This document shows, piece after piece, positions 19,153 through 28,770 of a stretch of DNA of 64,000 nucleotides. This DNA comes from Candidatus Dormiibacterota bacterium (GTDB lineage: Bacteria; Chloroflexota; Dormibacteria; Aeolococcales; Aeolococcaceae). Made by a program: the position numbers and the translations under genes. The notes beneath the pieces were generated by a model. The model did no database searches, was not told the DNA's origin, and saw only the letters and a list, made by a program, of their open reading frames with translations. The DNA lies in the NCBI GenBank assembly GCA_963718525.1, contig OY970355.1, positions 1,952,001-2,016,000 of the forward strand, given 5' to 3'. Each line of letters begins with the position of its first letter. Positions within the stretch are counted from its first letter, which is position 1.

Positions 19153-19228
19153 TGGAGCGGGAGACGAGACTCGAACTCGCGACATCCAGCTTGGAAGGCT
19201 AGCGCTCTACCAACTGAGCTACTCCCGC
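19153..19228 (-). tRNA. tRNA-Gly(TCC)
   Basis: GCGGGAG acceptor, TAGCTCAGTTGGTAGAGC D-arm, CT-TCC-AA loop, GTTCGAG T-loop, encoded CCA. Confidence 0.97.
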
Positions 19229-19312
19229 GTTCCTCCATGGTACCCGCCATTCGCACGGCGGACGCAGCGGGCGTAGGCTCACGGACGAAGTCAGGTCCAC
19301 AGGAGGAGCCGG

Positions 19313-19981
19313 ATGACCGAGACAGCGAAAGTGGCGGCGCAGCCCTCCACCGGGCTCGCGGCCAGTCTCCGCCGAGGGATCGTCGCGGAGCGTCGCTCGG
19401 GCCTCATCGTGAGTTTGCTGTTGATTCCGGCGATCCTCGCCACCAATCTCATCTACAACTCGCTGAACCACGGTCCCAACCGCATCTTCCTGGAGACACC
19501 ACTCGATCGAGCGTTGCCCGTCGTGCCAATCTTCGCCGTCCCGTACGTCTCGCTGATCCCGTACATCGGGGTGAGTCTCCTTGCCTTCATGTTCGTGCGT
19601 GTCCGCATCTATCGCTCGGCAGCATTGACGATGCTCATCGTCTGGTTCATCAGCTACGGGTTCTACATCTTCCTGCAGTCCTATATCGCCCGGCCGCATA
19701 TCACGGGCACCGATGCCTTCTCTTCGATGATCCGGAGCATCTACGCGGCCGACCAGCCGTACAACGATTTCCCGAGCCTCCACACGTCTCTGTCCACGAT
19801 CATCGCGATGCACTGGTGGCGCTTCGATCGCCGGATCGGCATCGCAGCAGCCATCTGGACGGCACTCATCGTTGCGTCGACCGTGCTCGTCAAGCAGCAC
19901 TACATCGCTGACGTGGCCGGTGGACTCGCGCTGGCGGTGGTCACGTCGCTGTTCGTGATGCGCGTCACCAGAGTGGGGTGA
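19313..19981 (+). CDS. PAP2-family membrane phosphatase/phosphotransferase
   Basis: FPSLH and STVLVKQHYIAD motifs, multiple TM segments, AGGAGG SD. Confidence 0.85.
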   Translation: MTETAKVAAQPSTGLAASLRRGIVAERRSGLIVSLLLIPAILATNLIYNSLNHGPNRIFLETPLDRALPVVPIFAVPYVSLIPYIGVSLLAFMFVRVRIYRSAALTMLIVWFISYGFYIFLQSYIARPHITGTDAFSSMIRSIYAADQPYNDFPSLHTSLSTIIAMHWWRFDRRIGIAAAIWTALIVASTVLVKQHYIADVAGGLALAVVTSLFVMRVTRVG

Positions 19982-20049
19982 TGCGCGGATCCAGCGCCTG
20001 CGGTACCATGCGGTGGACCGATCCACACGACCACCGGAGGGCAACAGAC

Positions 20050-20115
20050 ATGACACGTGCGATTGCGCCTGCAGCGCCCACCACTGACGTCGTGCCCGGC
20101 GGCTCCGCCGCCTGA
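20050..20115 (+). other. Possible 21-aa leader peptide upstream of rsgA
   Basis: GGAGG SD then MTRAIAPAAPTTDVVPGGSAA-stop, followed by hairpin AGTTCCGCC/GGCGGGACT. Confidence 0.35.
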
Positions 20116-20193
20116 TCGTCCGCTGAGTTCCGCCACATCACGGCGGGACTGCACTCGGGGCTCCGGGCTCTCACTGCAGCATGGAGTTCCCAC

Positions 20194-21234
20194 TTGTCTC
20201 ACGACCTTGACCGTCTCACCGCGCTAGGGTGGAACGGACCACTCGAATCGGCGTTCGCTGGCGCCACTCGCAGCGGCCAACGTGGCCTCGTTGTCCGTGG
20301 TGACGGGCACGTGGTCACTGTCCTGACCGACGCCGGTCAGCGGCGTGTGCCGCTGGCGGCCGCGGTGTCCGGCCTGCCCGACGATGGCGCCATCACCACC
20401 GGCGACTGGCTCGTGGTCGAGGATGGCGTCGCGACACACGTCCTGCCACGGCGAAGTGCGCTGATGCGCCGCGCAGCCGGCGAGGCCACTGCTGGCCAGG
20501 CGGTTGCGGCCAACATCGACCTCGTGTTCATCACCGTCGCGCTCGGACACCCCATCAGACTGAGGCGGATCGAACGTGCTCTCGCCATGGCCTGGTCGAG
20601 CGGAGCGGCACCCGTCGTCCTCCTGACGAAATCAGACCTGAGTGGCGACATCGACGCGGATCTCCGCGCCGCGCGTTCGGTCGCGGCCGGCACCGAGGTC
20701 ATCGCTGTGAATGCGTCCGGCGAAGGCCTCGCCCGTGTGCGTGAGGTGCTCCTCGAAGGGCTGGTCGCCGTGCTGGTCGGACCAAGCGGCACCGGGAAGT
20801 CAACCCTCGTCAACCGCTTGTCGGGAAACGAAGTGCTCGTGACCGCCGAAGTGCGCTCGGACGGCAAGGGCCGGCACACCACGACGCACCGTGAGCTGAT
20901 CGAACTCCCCGGAGGCGGGCTCATCATCGACACGCCGGGCACGCGAGAACTCGGCCTTTGGGACGCCGGCGCCGGCATCGAGGAAGTGTTCGGCGATCTC
21001 ACCGAGGTCGCCGCGCAATGCCGCTTCAGGAACTGCAAACACGAAAACGAACCGGGATGCGCTGTGCGCGCTGCGGCGGCCGACGACCCGACCGTTCTGG
21101 CGAGACTCGCCTCCAAACGCAAGCTCGAGCGCGAGCAGGAGCGCCTCGACAACGCACGTGACCTGCGAGCCAAGGCGGAGCAACGACGCGAGCTTCGTCG
21201 GCGCGCGCGAGCGATGCGCCAGCGCTCACCCTGA
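20194..21234 (+). CDS. rsgA: Ribosome small subunit-dependent GTPase A
   Basis: Circularly permuted GTPase: TKSD, GPSGTGKS, GRHTTT, DTPG; Zn finger CRFRNCKHENEPGC. Confidence 0.93.
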   Translation: MSHDLDRLTALGWNGPLESAFAGATRSGQRGLVVRGDGHVVTVLTDAGQRRVPLAAAVSGLPDDGAITTGDWLVVEDGVATHVLPRRSALMRRAAGEATAGQAVAANIDLVFITVALGHPIRLRRIERALAMAWSSGAAPVVLLTKSDLSGDIDADLRAARSVAAGTEVIAVNASGEGLARVREVLLEGLVAVLVGPSGTGKSTLVNRLSGNEVLVTAEVRSDGKGRHTTTHRELIELPGGGLIIDTPGTRELGLWDAGAGIEEVFGDLTEVAAQCRFRNCKHENEPGCAVRAAAADDPTVLARLASKRKLEREQERLDNARDLRAKAEQRRELRRRARAMRQRSP

Positions 21235-21299
21235 GCCGGCGGTGCTCCGGGGGGACGTCAATACCCGCACGCTCATCGAGCGTTCGGGGCGTCTCCAGC

Positions 21300-22160
21300 C
21301 TATGCGGGAATTGCCCCGCTCCCTGACTCTGCGGGCGCGGGCACCGTGCCGGGATGGCCGGGGAAGTCGTGTGGTGTAAGGCTCAACGAGCCGAGCACTT
21401 CGACGTTGTCCGCGTTGAACGTCGTCAGGCTCTCCTGCGTTCCCTGCGCCACGATGTACACACCGGCCTTGACCGCGCTGCTCGTCGCAGCCGCGCCCCG
21501 GACGCCGTGATACGCGGTCGAGCTCGAGATGGTGATGTACGCGAGCTGCCCATCGCCGGTCACCAGCGTGACGGTGTTGCCGCTCACCGACTGCACGCGC
21601 CCGGAGATGCTGGGTACCTCGATTGTGATGGCGGTCGCTGCGATGGGGGAGGTCGCCGTCGGCGACGTGCCGGTCCGGCCGCCGCGCACCGCAACAACGT
21701 CGCCGACCTTCACGGCGCTGAGATGCACCTGCTGCTCTTCACGGCTGTATGTGGTGGACGACGTGGTGGTGACGGTGACCGTGCCGGCGAGGGTCCGCAA
21801 CGTCAGCGTCGATCCACTGATCTTGACGACGGTGCCGGTCTCCCCGCCGCAGAATCCTCCGCCGAAGAACGCCGGTCCGCCAAATCCCGCGCCTGCAAAC
21901 GGTGCTCCGCATTCGAAGCCGCCAGGCCCGTGGCCGCCGAACGAGGGCTTGTGTGCTGAGGGCGAAGGGCTGGGTTTGGTCGCCGCCGCGGTGTTCGCCG
22001 AGCTCGGTGACGCGGCATGGGTCACGATGAGCCCTGTGGTGGCGCCGACGACGGCGATGGCAAGTCCGATCCCGAACAGCCGCATCCGACCGGTTCCTTT
22101 ACCCAGGGGCTCAGGTGGCGGCGGAGGAGGCGGCGGTGGTTCGGGGAAATCGGATGGCAT
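21300..22160 (-). CDS. Membrane-anchored protein with two DUF5666-like OB-fold repeats
   Basis: Poly-Pro N-terminus, one TM helix, repeats GTVVKISGSTLTL...VKVGDVVAVRG and GRVQSVSGNTVTL...VKAGVYIVAQG. Confidence 0.65.
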   Translation of the reverse strand: MPSDFPEPPPPPPPPPEPLGKGTGRMRLFGIGLAIAVVGATTGLIVTHAASPSSANTAAATKPSPSPSAHKPSFGGHGPGGFECGAPFAGAGFGGPAFFGGGFCGGETGTVVKISGSTLTLRTLAGTVTVTTTSSTTYSREEQQVHLSAVKVGDVVAVRGGRTGTSPTATSPIAATAITIEVPSISGRVQSVSGNTVTLVTGDGQLAYITISSSTAYHGVRGAAATSSAVKAGVYIVAQGTQESLTTFNADNVEVLGSLSLTPHDFPGHPGTVPAPAESGSGAIPA

Positions 22161-22226
22161 CTGTATCCGCCAGAATACCTCGGAGACCTGTCGAAAAGGT
22201 TACGAACGCGCCAGAAGCGCCAAACG

Positions 22227-23924
22227 TCAGGTCGGCCCGCCGAAACGCTGTTCCATCTCGGCGACCCATGCCGCGAGCGTGCTTCGGTCGCCGATTCTCG
22301 GGAATAGGGGCTCGCCCATCCGGATGATGCGCCCGGGCCGGAGCGTCAGCAGTTCCTGGCTCGCTGCGCCCGGCCACGAGCGTTCGCCGGCTTCAAGACC
22401 GAGGCTCGCAGCGAGCCGATCCGACGCGAAGGGCACGAACGGCGCCGAGACGATCGCCTCGATGCGCGCGACATTGATGGCGGTGCGCAGGATGCAGGCG
22501 ACGCGAGCCGTATCGGTCTCGTGCCACGGAGCGCACCGGTCCAGATACTGGTTTCCCAGCGTCCAGAGGCTGCGCAGCGCAAAGGCGGATGGGCGGAAGC
22601 GCATCGCGTCCATCTCGCCCACGTACGTCGCCAGCGCCGCGTCGATGGACGCCGCCAGGTCCGCTTCCTCGGGGCCGGGTTCGCCGCCGTCCGGCACCGT
22701 CATCCCGAAGAGCTTCTCGGTCAGCTTGAGCGTGCGCTGGACGAAGTTGCCGAAGATGCCGGCCAGATCCTTGTTGACGGTCAGCGCGAAACTCTCCCAC
22801 GTGAACTCGGCGTCATCCGACTCCGGCGCAGATGCGAGGAGCGCGTATCGCCAGTAGTCGGCCGGGAGCAACTCGATCGCGGCGTCCATGAACACGCCGC
22901 GCTGCTGGCTCGTCGAGAACTTGCCGCCGTAGTACGTCAGGTAGTTGAACCCCTTGACGTAATCGACGAGCTGCCATGGCTCACCCGATCCCATGATCGA
23001 GATCGGGAAGTTGATGGTGTGAAACGGGATGTTGTCCTTGCCCATGAACTGCGTGTAGCGCACGTCGCCGGCGTTGAACCACCACGAACGCCAGTCGCGG
23101 GTGTCGGGGTCGAGGTCGGCCCATTCCTTGGTGGCGCCGATGTACTCGATGGGCGCATCGAACCAGACGTAGAAGACCTTGCCCTCGAATCCTGGCCAGC
23201 CGACCGGTATGCCCCACTTGAGGTCCCGGGTGATGCTCCGGTCCTCGAGGCCGACGTTGAGCCAGTTGCGTGCAATCGACGTCACCAGGATCGGCCAGTC
23301 GGGGTGCGAGTCGATCCACTCGCGCACGCGATCGGCCATCAGCGACTGACGGATGAACAGGTGACGGGTGGCCCGCACCTCGAGCCTGGTACTGCCCGAG
23401 ATTGCGGATCGCGGATTGATCAGGTCCGAAGGCTCGAGGAGGCGCGCACAGTTCTCGCACTGATCACCGTTGGCACGTTCGTAGCCGCAGTGCGGGCACG
23501 TGCCGATGATGTAGCGATCGGGCAGGAACCGCTCGTCGTCGAGCGAGTACACCTGGTCGGTGACGCGCTCCTCCACCATGCCGTTGTCGCGGAGCTGGGA
23601 CGCGAAGTGCCTGGTGAGCTCGGCGTTCTGGGGCGACGAGCTCCGACCGAAGTGGTCGAACGACAACCCGAAGCGCCGGACCAGATCTGCCTGGATCGTA
23701 TGCTGCTGCGCGCAGTACTCCTCCACGCTGAGCCCCGCGTCAGCTGCGGCAAGCTCGGCAGGTGTGCCGTGCTCGTCAGTCGCGCAGATGAGCAGGACGT
23801 CGTGGCCGCGCAGGCGCAGGTAGCGCGCAGACACGTCGGCGGGGAGCATCGACCCGACCAGCGTGCCGAGGTGCTTGACCCCGTTGATGTACGGCAATGC
23901 GCTCGTGATGAGCTGGCGACCCAT
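22227..23924 (-). CDS. metG: Methionine--tRNA ligase
   Basis: TSALPYING.KHLG, CPHC/CENC knuckles, YVWFDA, FMGKDNIPFH, KFSTS. Confidence 0.96.
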   Translation of the reverse strand: MGRQLITSALPYINGVKHLGTLVGSMLPADVSARYLRLRGHDVLLICATDEHGTPAELAAADAGLSVEEYCAQQHTIQADLVRRFGLSFDHFGRSSSPQNAELTRHFASQLRDNGMVEERVTDQVYSLDDERFLPDRYIIGTCPHCGYERANGDQCENCARLLEPSDLINPRSAISGSTRLEVRATRHLFIRQSLMADRVREWIDSHPDWPILVTSIARNWLNVGLEDRSITRDLKWGIPVGWPGFEGKVFYVWFDAPIEYIGATKEWADLDPDTRDWRSWWFNAGDVRYTQFMGKDNIPFHTINFPISIMGSGEPWQLVDYVKGFNYLTYYGGKFSTSQQRGVFMDAAIELLPADYWRYALLASAPESDDAEFTWESFALTVNKDLAGIFGNFVQRTLKLTEKLFGMTVPDGGEPGPEEADLAASIDAALATYVGEMDAMRFRPSAFALRSLWTLGNQYLDRCAPWHETDTARVACILRTAINVARIEAIVSAPFVPFASDRLAASLGLEAGERSWPGAASQELLTLRPGRIIRMGEPLFPRIGDRSTLAAWVAEMEQRFGGPT

Positions 23925-24155
23925 CGGCGCATCCTACAAGGGGTAGGAGCGGCGCCCCCCCTCTCGGAGCGTCGCGTGACAGAGCGTAGCCGCATTCGGG
24001 GCGTTTGAGCCGATTCGTCAGACCGATCTTTGCGGCCCGTTGCACCGTCACCACCGTCGCCATGCGTGCGTCTGACTTCGTTAACGGTCCGTTGCTGTGG
24101 GCTGTGATCACCTGACCGGCTGGTACCCTGCGGCAATGCGAGCACCGGACTCCCG

Positions 24156-25217
24156 TTGAAGGGGCTCATCCTCAGCGGCGGCAAGGGAACGCGGCTGCGG
24201 CCGATCACCCACACCGGCGCGAAACAACTCATCCCCGTCGCCAACCGGCCGATTCTCTTCTATGCCATCGATGCCCTGACCCAGGCCGGGATCCACGACA
24301 TCGGCATCATCGTTGGCGACACCGCCGACGAGGTGCGCGCCGCGGTGGGCGACGGATCGAAGTTCGATGCCAGCGTCACCTTCATCCCCCAGGAGGCGCC
24401 GCTCGGCCTCGCACATGCGGTCGGCATCGCCCGCGATTTCCTCGCCGGGGACAGTTTTGTCATGTATCTCGGCGACAACCTGATCGCCCAGGGAATCGGG
24501 ACGCTCGTCGACGAATTCCAGCGCTCGGAAGCCGACACCATGATCCTGTTGGCCCGGGTTCCCGAGCCCCAGCGCTTCGGGGTGGCGGAGCTCGAGGACG
24601 GACGGGTGATCTCGCTCGTGGAGAAGCCGTTGGTGCCGCGCTCCGACCTGGCGCTGGTGGGCGTGTACCTCTTCTCGCCGCTGATCTTCGAGGCAATTGA
24701 CGCCATCGAGCCGAGTGCCCGAGGCGAGCTCGAGATCACCGATGCGATTCAGCGAATGATCGACACTGGCAAGAGCGTCCTGCCGCACATCATCGAGGGC
24801 TGGTGGAAGGACACCGGCCGGCTTGACGACATCCTCGAAGCCAATCGGATGATCCTGGACACACTCGAGGCGCGATGCGATGGCATGGTGGGTGAGGACG
24901 TCCGCCTGCACGGCAAGGTGGTGGTGGAGGAGGGGGCCACGCTGCGCAACTGCGTGGTTCGTGGGCCGGCGATCATCGGCAGTCGCACCGTGGTCGACAA
25001 CGCATACATCGGCCCGTTCACGTCCATCTACTTCGACTGCGTGGTGCGCAACGCGGAAATCGAGAACAGCATCGTTCTCGAAGGCACGAGGATCCACGAC
25101 GTCGGTGGCAAGATCGACGGATCGCTCATCGGCAAGGAGTGCGAGGTCTGCAAATCGCCGGCGCGCCCGACCGCCGTGCGGCTGATGCTCGGCGACCACT
25201 CTCGCGTCGAGCTCTGA
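24156..25217 (+). CDS. rmlA: Glucose-1-phosphate thymidylyltransferase (long form)
   Basis: LILSGGKGTRLRPIT, QEAPLGLAHA, EKP, RGELEITDA, WWKDTG; the true start may be ATG 24136 (see findings). Confidence 0.92.
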   Translation: MKGLILSGGKGTRLRPITHTGAKQLIPVANRPILFYAIDALTQAGIHDIGIIVGDTADEVRAAVGDGSKFDASVTFIPQEAPLGLAHAVGIARDFLAGDSFVMYLGDNLIAQGIGTLVDEFQRSEADTMILLARVPEPQRFGVAELEDGRVISLVEKPLVPRSDLALVGVYLFSPLIFEAIDAIEPSARGELEITDAIQRMIDTGKSVLPHIIEGWWKDTGRLDDILEANRMILDTLEARCDGMVGEDVRLHGKVVVEEGATLRNCVVRGPAIIGSRTVVDNAYIGPFTSIYFDCVVRNAEIENSIVLEGTRIHDVGGKIDGSLIGKECEVCKSPARPTAVRLMLGDHSRVEL

Positions 25218-25268
25218 CGGCATCGACGTGAGGCGCAACTGCCCACTCGCCGCGCCGGGTGAGCGGCA

Positions 25269-26117
25269 CTGAGGTACGTCGTGCTCGGCGCGTCCGGGCA
25301 GCTCGGCGGGGACCTCGTCGAGGAGGGAACGCGGCAAGGCCACGAGATGGTCGGCCTGACGCAGCTGGAGTGCGACATCACCGACGCATCCGCTGTCCAA
25401 CGGGCCATCGGCGAAGCTCACCCGGACGCCGTCATCAACGCCGCGGCCTGGACGCGGGTCGACGCTGCCGAGGAGCACGAGACGACCGCGGAGGCGGTGA
25501 ACGCCACCGGCGCAGGCTATGTCGCGGCGGCCTCGGCGGCAGCAGGCATTCGCTGCTGTCACGTCAGCACCGACTACGTGTTCGACGGCACGGCGACATC
25601 GCCGATCCCCGAGACCGCCGTGGCTGCACCACGGTCAGCCTACGGGCGGACCAAGTGGCACGGCGAGATTGCGGTGCGAGAGCGCAACCCTGACCACATC
25701 ATCGTTCGCACGAGCTGGCTCTACGGCCGCGAGGGCCCCAACTTCGTGCTCACGATGTTGCGCATCGCCGCCGAACGCCCGCAGGTTCGAGTTGTCGCCG
25801 ACCAGCACGGGGCGCCGACGTGGACCGGCCATCTCGCGCCCGCGATGCTCAGGCTGCTCGAGGTGGGACCGCCGGGGACATACCATCTCACCAACAGCGG
25901 CGTCACCACCTGGCATGGGCTGGCCGTCGCCGCCATCCGCTCGCGCGGGGGGATGGCCGAGGTCGTGCCGATCACAACCGCGGAATATCCGACCCAGGCC
26001 ATACGCCCCGCGTACTCGGTGCTCGACAACCGCGCATGGCGTGAGCTTGGTGAACCGCCCTTGCCCGACTGGCAGGAAGGGCTTCGCGCCTACCTGGCGA
26101 CTCTCGACGCCCGCTGA
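25269..26117 (+). CDS. rmlD: dTDP-4-dehydrorhamnose reductase
   Basis: GASGQLG, NAAAWT.VD, STDYVFDG, YGRTK, RPAYSVLD; start inferred at CTG 25269 (GTG 25281 alternative). Confidence 0.92.
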   Translation: MRYVVLGASGQLGGDLVEEGTRQGHEMVGLTQLECDITDASAVQRAIGEAHPDAVINAAAWTRVDAAEEHETTAEAVNATGAGYVAAASAAAGIRCCHVSTDYVFDGTATSPIPETAVAAPRSAYGRTKWHGEIAVRERNPDHIIVRTSWLYGREGPNFVLTMLRIAAERPQVRVVADQHGAPTWTGHLAPAMLRLLEVGPPGTYHLTNSGVTTWHGLAVAAIRSRGGMAEVVPITTAEYPTQAIRPAYSVLDNRAWRELGEPPLPDWQEGLRAYLATLDAR

Positions 26118-26127
26118 GCCGGCTCGA

Positions 26128-26523
26128 TCAGTCCTCGGGTTCCGGCTGAGTTCGCTTGTCGGCACTGATGTACAGGAGCCCGCCGAACAGCCCCGCATTC
26201 TTCAGGAAGTGGACGAGGCTGGCGCGCCGCTCGTCGGGCTTCTCGGACTTCCAGAAGGGATGGCCGATGATCGTGCTGGGGATCAGCGTCAGCGCAAGAA
26301 TGCGGGCGGACGTCTTTGGCAGGAAACCAAGTGCGAGCGTCGTCCCGGCGACCATCATGGTCGCGCCCTGCACCTTGGCGATCATCGGCTCATTGGGCAC
26401 CATCGGCAGCGCATCCGCCGCGATCTTGGCGTAGCGCTCCGAATTGTTGAACATGCCGTAGCCGGAATACACAAAGATCCCGGAAAGCAGGAAGCGGCCG
26501 GCGGTTCTGATCAGCGTTCGCAT
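26128..26523 (-). CDS. DoxX family membrane protein
   Basis: GRFLLSGIF, GHPFWK, HFLKNAGLFGGLL. Confidence 0.85.
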   Translation of the reverse strand: MRTLIRTAGRFLLSGIFVYSGYGMFNNSERYAKIAADALPMVPNEPMIAKVQGATMMVAGTTLALGFLPKTSARILALTLIPSTIIGHPFWKSEKPDERRASLVHFLKNAGLFGGLLYISADKRTQPEPED

Positions 26524-26618
26524 GGACCATGACTTTAGGTCAGATGTACCGGGACGCCGATCCGGCGCCGCTGGGATCAGAATTGCCCTCCTTGCGTCCA
26601 CGTCCAGGGAGTGTGCTC

Positions 26619-26831
26619 ATGGCTGAGAGCGTCTACCGCGTCACCGAGCTGGTCGGAACCAGCGCCGAGTCCTGGGAGAAGGCGGCCCAGCTCGCGATCG
26701 AGACTGCGTCCTCGTCGCTCCGCGATCTGCGCATCGCCGAGGTGGTCAAGCTCGACATGACCGTCGAGAACGGCAAGGTCGCGCGCTTCCGCACGCGCCT
26801 CAATGTCTCCTTCAAGTACGAGAACGAGTAG
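26619..26831 (+). CDS. Dodecin family flavin-binding protein
   Basis: VYRVTELVGTS..SWEKAA, SLRDLRIAEV, LNVSFKYE; 70 aa. Confidence 0.9.
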   Translation: MAESVYRVTELVGTSAESWEKAAQLAIETASSSLRDLRIAEVVKLDMTVENGKVARFRTRLNVSFKYENE

Positions 26832-26867
26832 CCGCGCGCACGGAGCTTTTGCGCCATAGTTCGCTCG

Positions 26868-27740
26868 ATGTCCGTCGATCGCCAGCCGCGGATCCAGCCC
26901 TCGGCGTTCACGTCTCGGGGTCACCAACTCGCCTACACTGAATTCGGCGAGGGTAAGCGCTGGGTGTTGCTCATGCCGGGCCTGCTCGTCCCGGCGCTGA
27001 TGCAGGAGCCCCTCGCCACGGCCCTGGCCGCGAGCGGGGCGCACGTGCTGACGCTCGACCCACTCGGCCACGGCCAGTCCGATCGCCCCGACGACATGGC
27101 GGAGTATTCGATCGAATCCTTCGCGGGTGACGCCGTCGCGCTGCTCGACCATCTCGACATCGATGAAGCGGTGATCGGGGGAACCTCTCTCGGTGCGAAC
27201 GTGACACTAGAGATCGCGCACGCGGCGCCGCAGCGGGTGCGGGGCATGATCATCGAGATGCCGGTGCTCGAGAACGCGCTGGTTGCATCGGTGATCGCCT
27301 TCGGCCCCCTGCTCGTTGCGCTGCACTTCGGCGAGCGGCTGATGCGCCCGGTCGCGGCCGGCCTGCGTCGGGTCCCGCGGCGGCTGCTGCCCTTCTGGGG
27401 CAACGTGGCGCTCGACGTGGTCCGTCAGGATCCCGGACCCAGCGCCGCGCTGCTTCAGGGACTGTTCTTCAGCCACATCGCTCCGTACAGCGCACAGCGG
27501 CGTGAGCTGACCATGCCGTCGCTGGTCATCGGACATCACATCGACCCGGTCCATCCGTTCTCCGACGCGGGCGTGCTCACCGGCGAACTCCCCAACGCGC
27601 GGCTCGTCGAAGCGTCCAACATTCTCGAGCTGCGCCTCCGCCCGGAACGTCTCACAGCGGAAATCGCGGGGTTCATCGCCGAGTGCTGGTCGCCGCGAGC
27701 GGTCGCGAAGCCTCGCCGCCAGCGCCGCCGCACCGCCTGA
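26868..27740 (+). CDS. Alpha/beta hydrolase
   Basis: DPLGHGQSD, GTSLG nucleophile elbow, DPVHP. Confidence 0.85.
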   Translation: MSVDRQPRIQPSAFTSRGHQLAYTEFGEGKRWVLLMPGLLVPALMQEPLATALAASGAHVLTLDPLGHGQSDRPDDMAEYSIESFAGDAVALLDHLDIDEAVIGGTSLGANVTLEIAHAAPQRVRGMIIEMPVLENALVASVIAFGPLLVALHFGERLMRPVAAGLRRVPRRLLPFWGNVALDVVRQDPGPSAALLQGLFFSHIAPYSAQRRELTMPSLVIGHHIDPVHPFSDAGVLTGELPNARLVEASNILELRLRPERLTAEIAGFIAECWSPRAVAKPRRQRRRTA

Positions 27741-27750
27741 CGATAGGCTG

Positions 27751-28767
27751 GTGTTCGAGATGTCCCAGACCGCTGCCCCACGCCCCCGAGTTCTGAGTGG
27801 CATCCAGCCGGATTTCGGTCTCCACCTGGGCAATTACCTCGGCGCCCTGCGCAACTGGGCCCGTGACCAGGACCGCTATGAGAACTATTTCTGCATCGTC
27901 GACCTGCACGCGCTCACACGCCACCCTGAACCTGAACGCCTTCGCTCGCTGACCCTGGAATTGGCTGCGATGTACATCGCGTGTGGACTCGACCCCGCGC
28001 GTTGCGAGATCTTCGTGCAATCGCACGTCCCCGCTCATACGCAACTGTGCTGGATCCTCGAGACGCTCACGCCGATGGGCTGGCTCGATCGCATGACCCA
28101 GTTCAAGGCGCGGATCGAGGCTCAGGGTCGCGAGCGGGTCAATGCCGGGGTCTTCACGTACCCGGTGCTGCAGGCAGCAGACATCCTGCTCTACGACGCG
28201 GACTTCGTCCCCGTCGGCGAGGATCAGCGGCAGCACATCGAGCTGTCCCGCGACCTCGCGAACCGGCTCAACTCACAACGTGGGGATATCGTGAAGGTAC
28301 CTGCCGCGCTGATCAGCCAGGTTGGGGCTCGCGTCATGGGCCTCGACACGCCGGAGGAGAAGATGAGCAAGAGCATTGCCATCGAGCGCGCCGGTCACGC
28401 GGTCCTGCTCCTCGATCCTCCGGACATCGTGCGCCGGAAGATCGCACGGGCAACCACCGACACCGATCCCGCCGTGCGCAGGCCCGTCGGCCCGGGGGTT
28501 GCCAATCTCCTCGAGATCTACGCCGCGTTGCAGGACGTGAGCACGGACGCCGCGTATGCGGAGTTCGAAGGCAAGCGCTACAGCGTGGTGAAGTCCGCGG
28601 TCGCCGATGCGATCGTCGACGCTCTGGCGCCGATTCAGGCTCGATACGCGGAGCTTCGAGTTGACGAGGATGGGCTTCGCCGCACCCTCGCCGAGTCGGC
28701 CGCTCGCGTGCATCTCGTCGCGGACGCCACCCTGCAGCGCGTGCAGGAGGCCGTCGGCCTGCGCTGA
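27751..28767 (+). CDS. trpS: Tryptophan--tRNA ligase (bacterial type)
   Basis: SGIQP, HLGNYLGA, VDLHALT, YPVLQAADIL, VPVGEDQ, KMSKS. Confidence 0.96.
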   Translation: MFEMSQTAAPRPRVLSGIQPDFGLHLGNYLGALRNWARDQDRYENYFCIVDLHALTRHPEPERLRSLTLELAAMYIACGLDPARCEIFVQSHVPAHTQLCWILETLTPMGWLDRMTQFKARIEAQGRERVNAGVFTYPVLQAADILLYDADFVPVGEDQRQHIELSRDLANRLNSQRGDIVKVPAALISQVGARVMGLDTPEEKMSKSIAIERAGHAVLLLDPPDIVRRKIARATTDTDPAVRRPVGPGVANLLEIYAALQDVSTDAAYAEFEGKRYSVVKSAVADAIVDALAPIQARYAELRVDEDGLRRTLAESAARVHLVADATLQRVQEAVGLR

Positions 28768-28770
28768 TCC

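Noticed and set aside
23932-23948. TCCTAC-N5-GTAGGA palindrome at the metG promoter; also looked for a T-box or SAM riboswitch
   Set aside because: Only 6-bp arms, explained largely by the -10 box; metG looks leaderless and no T-box or SAM motif is visible
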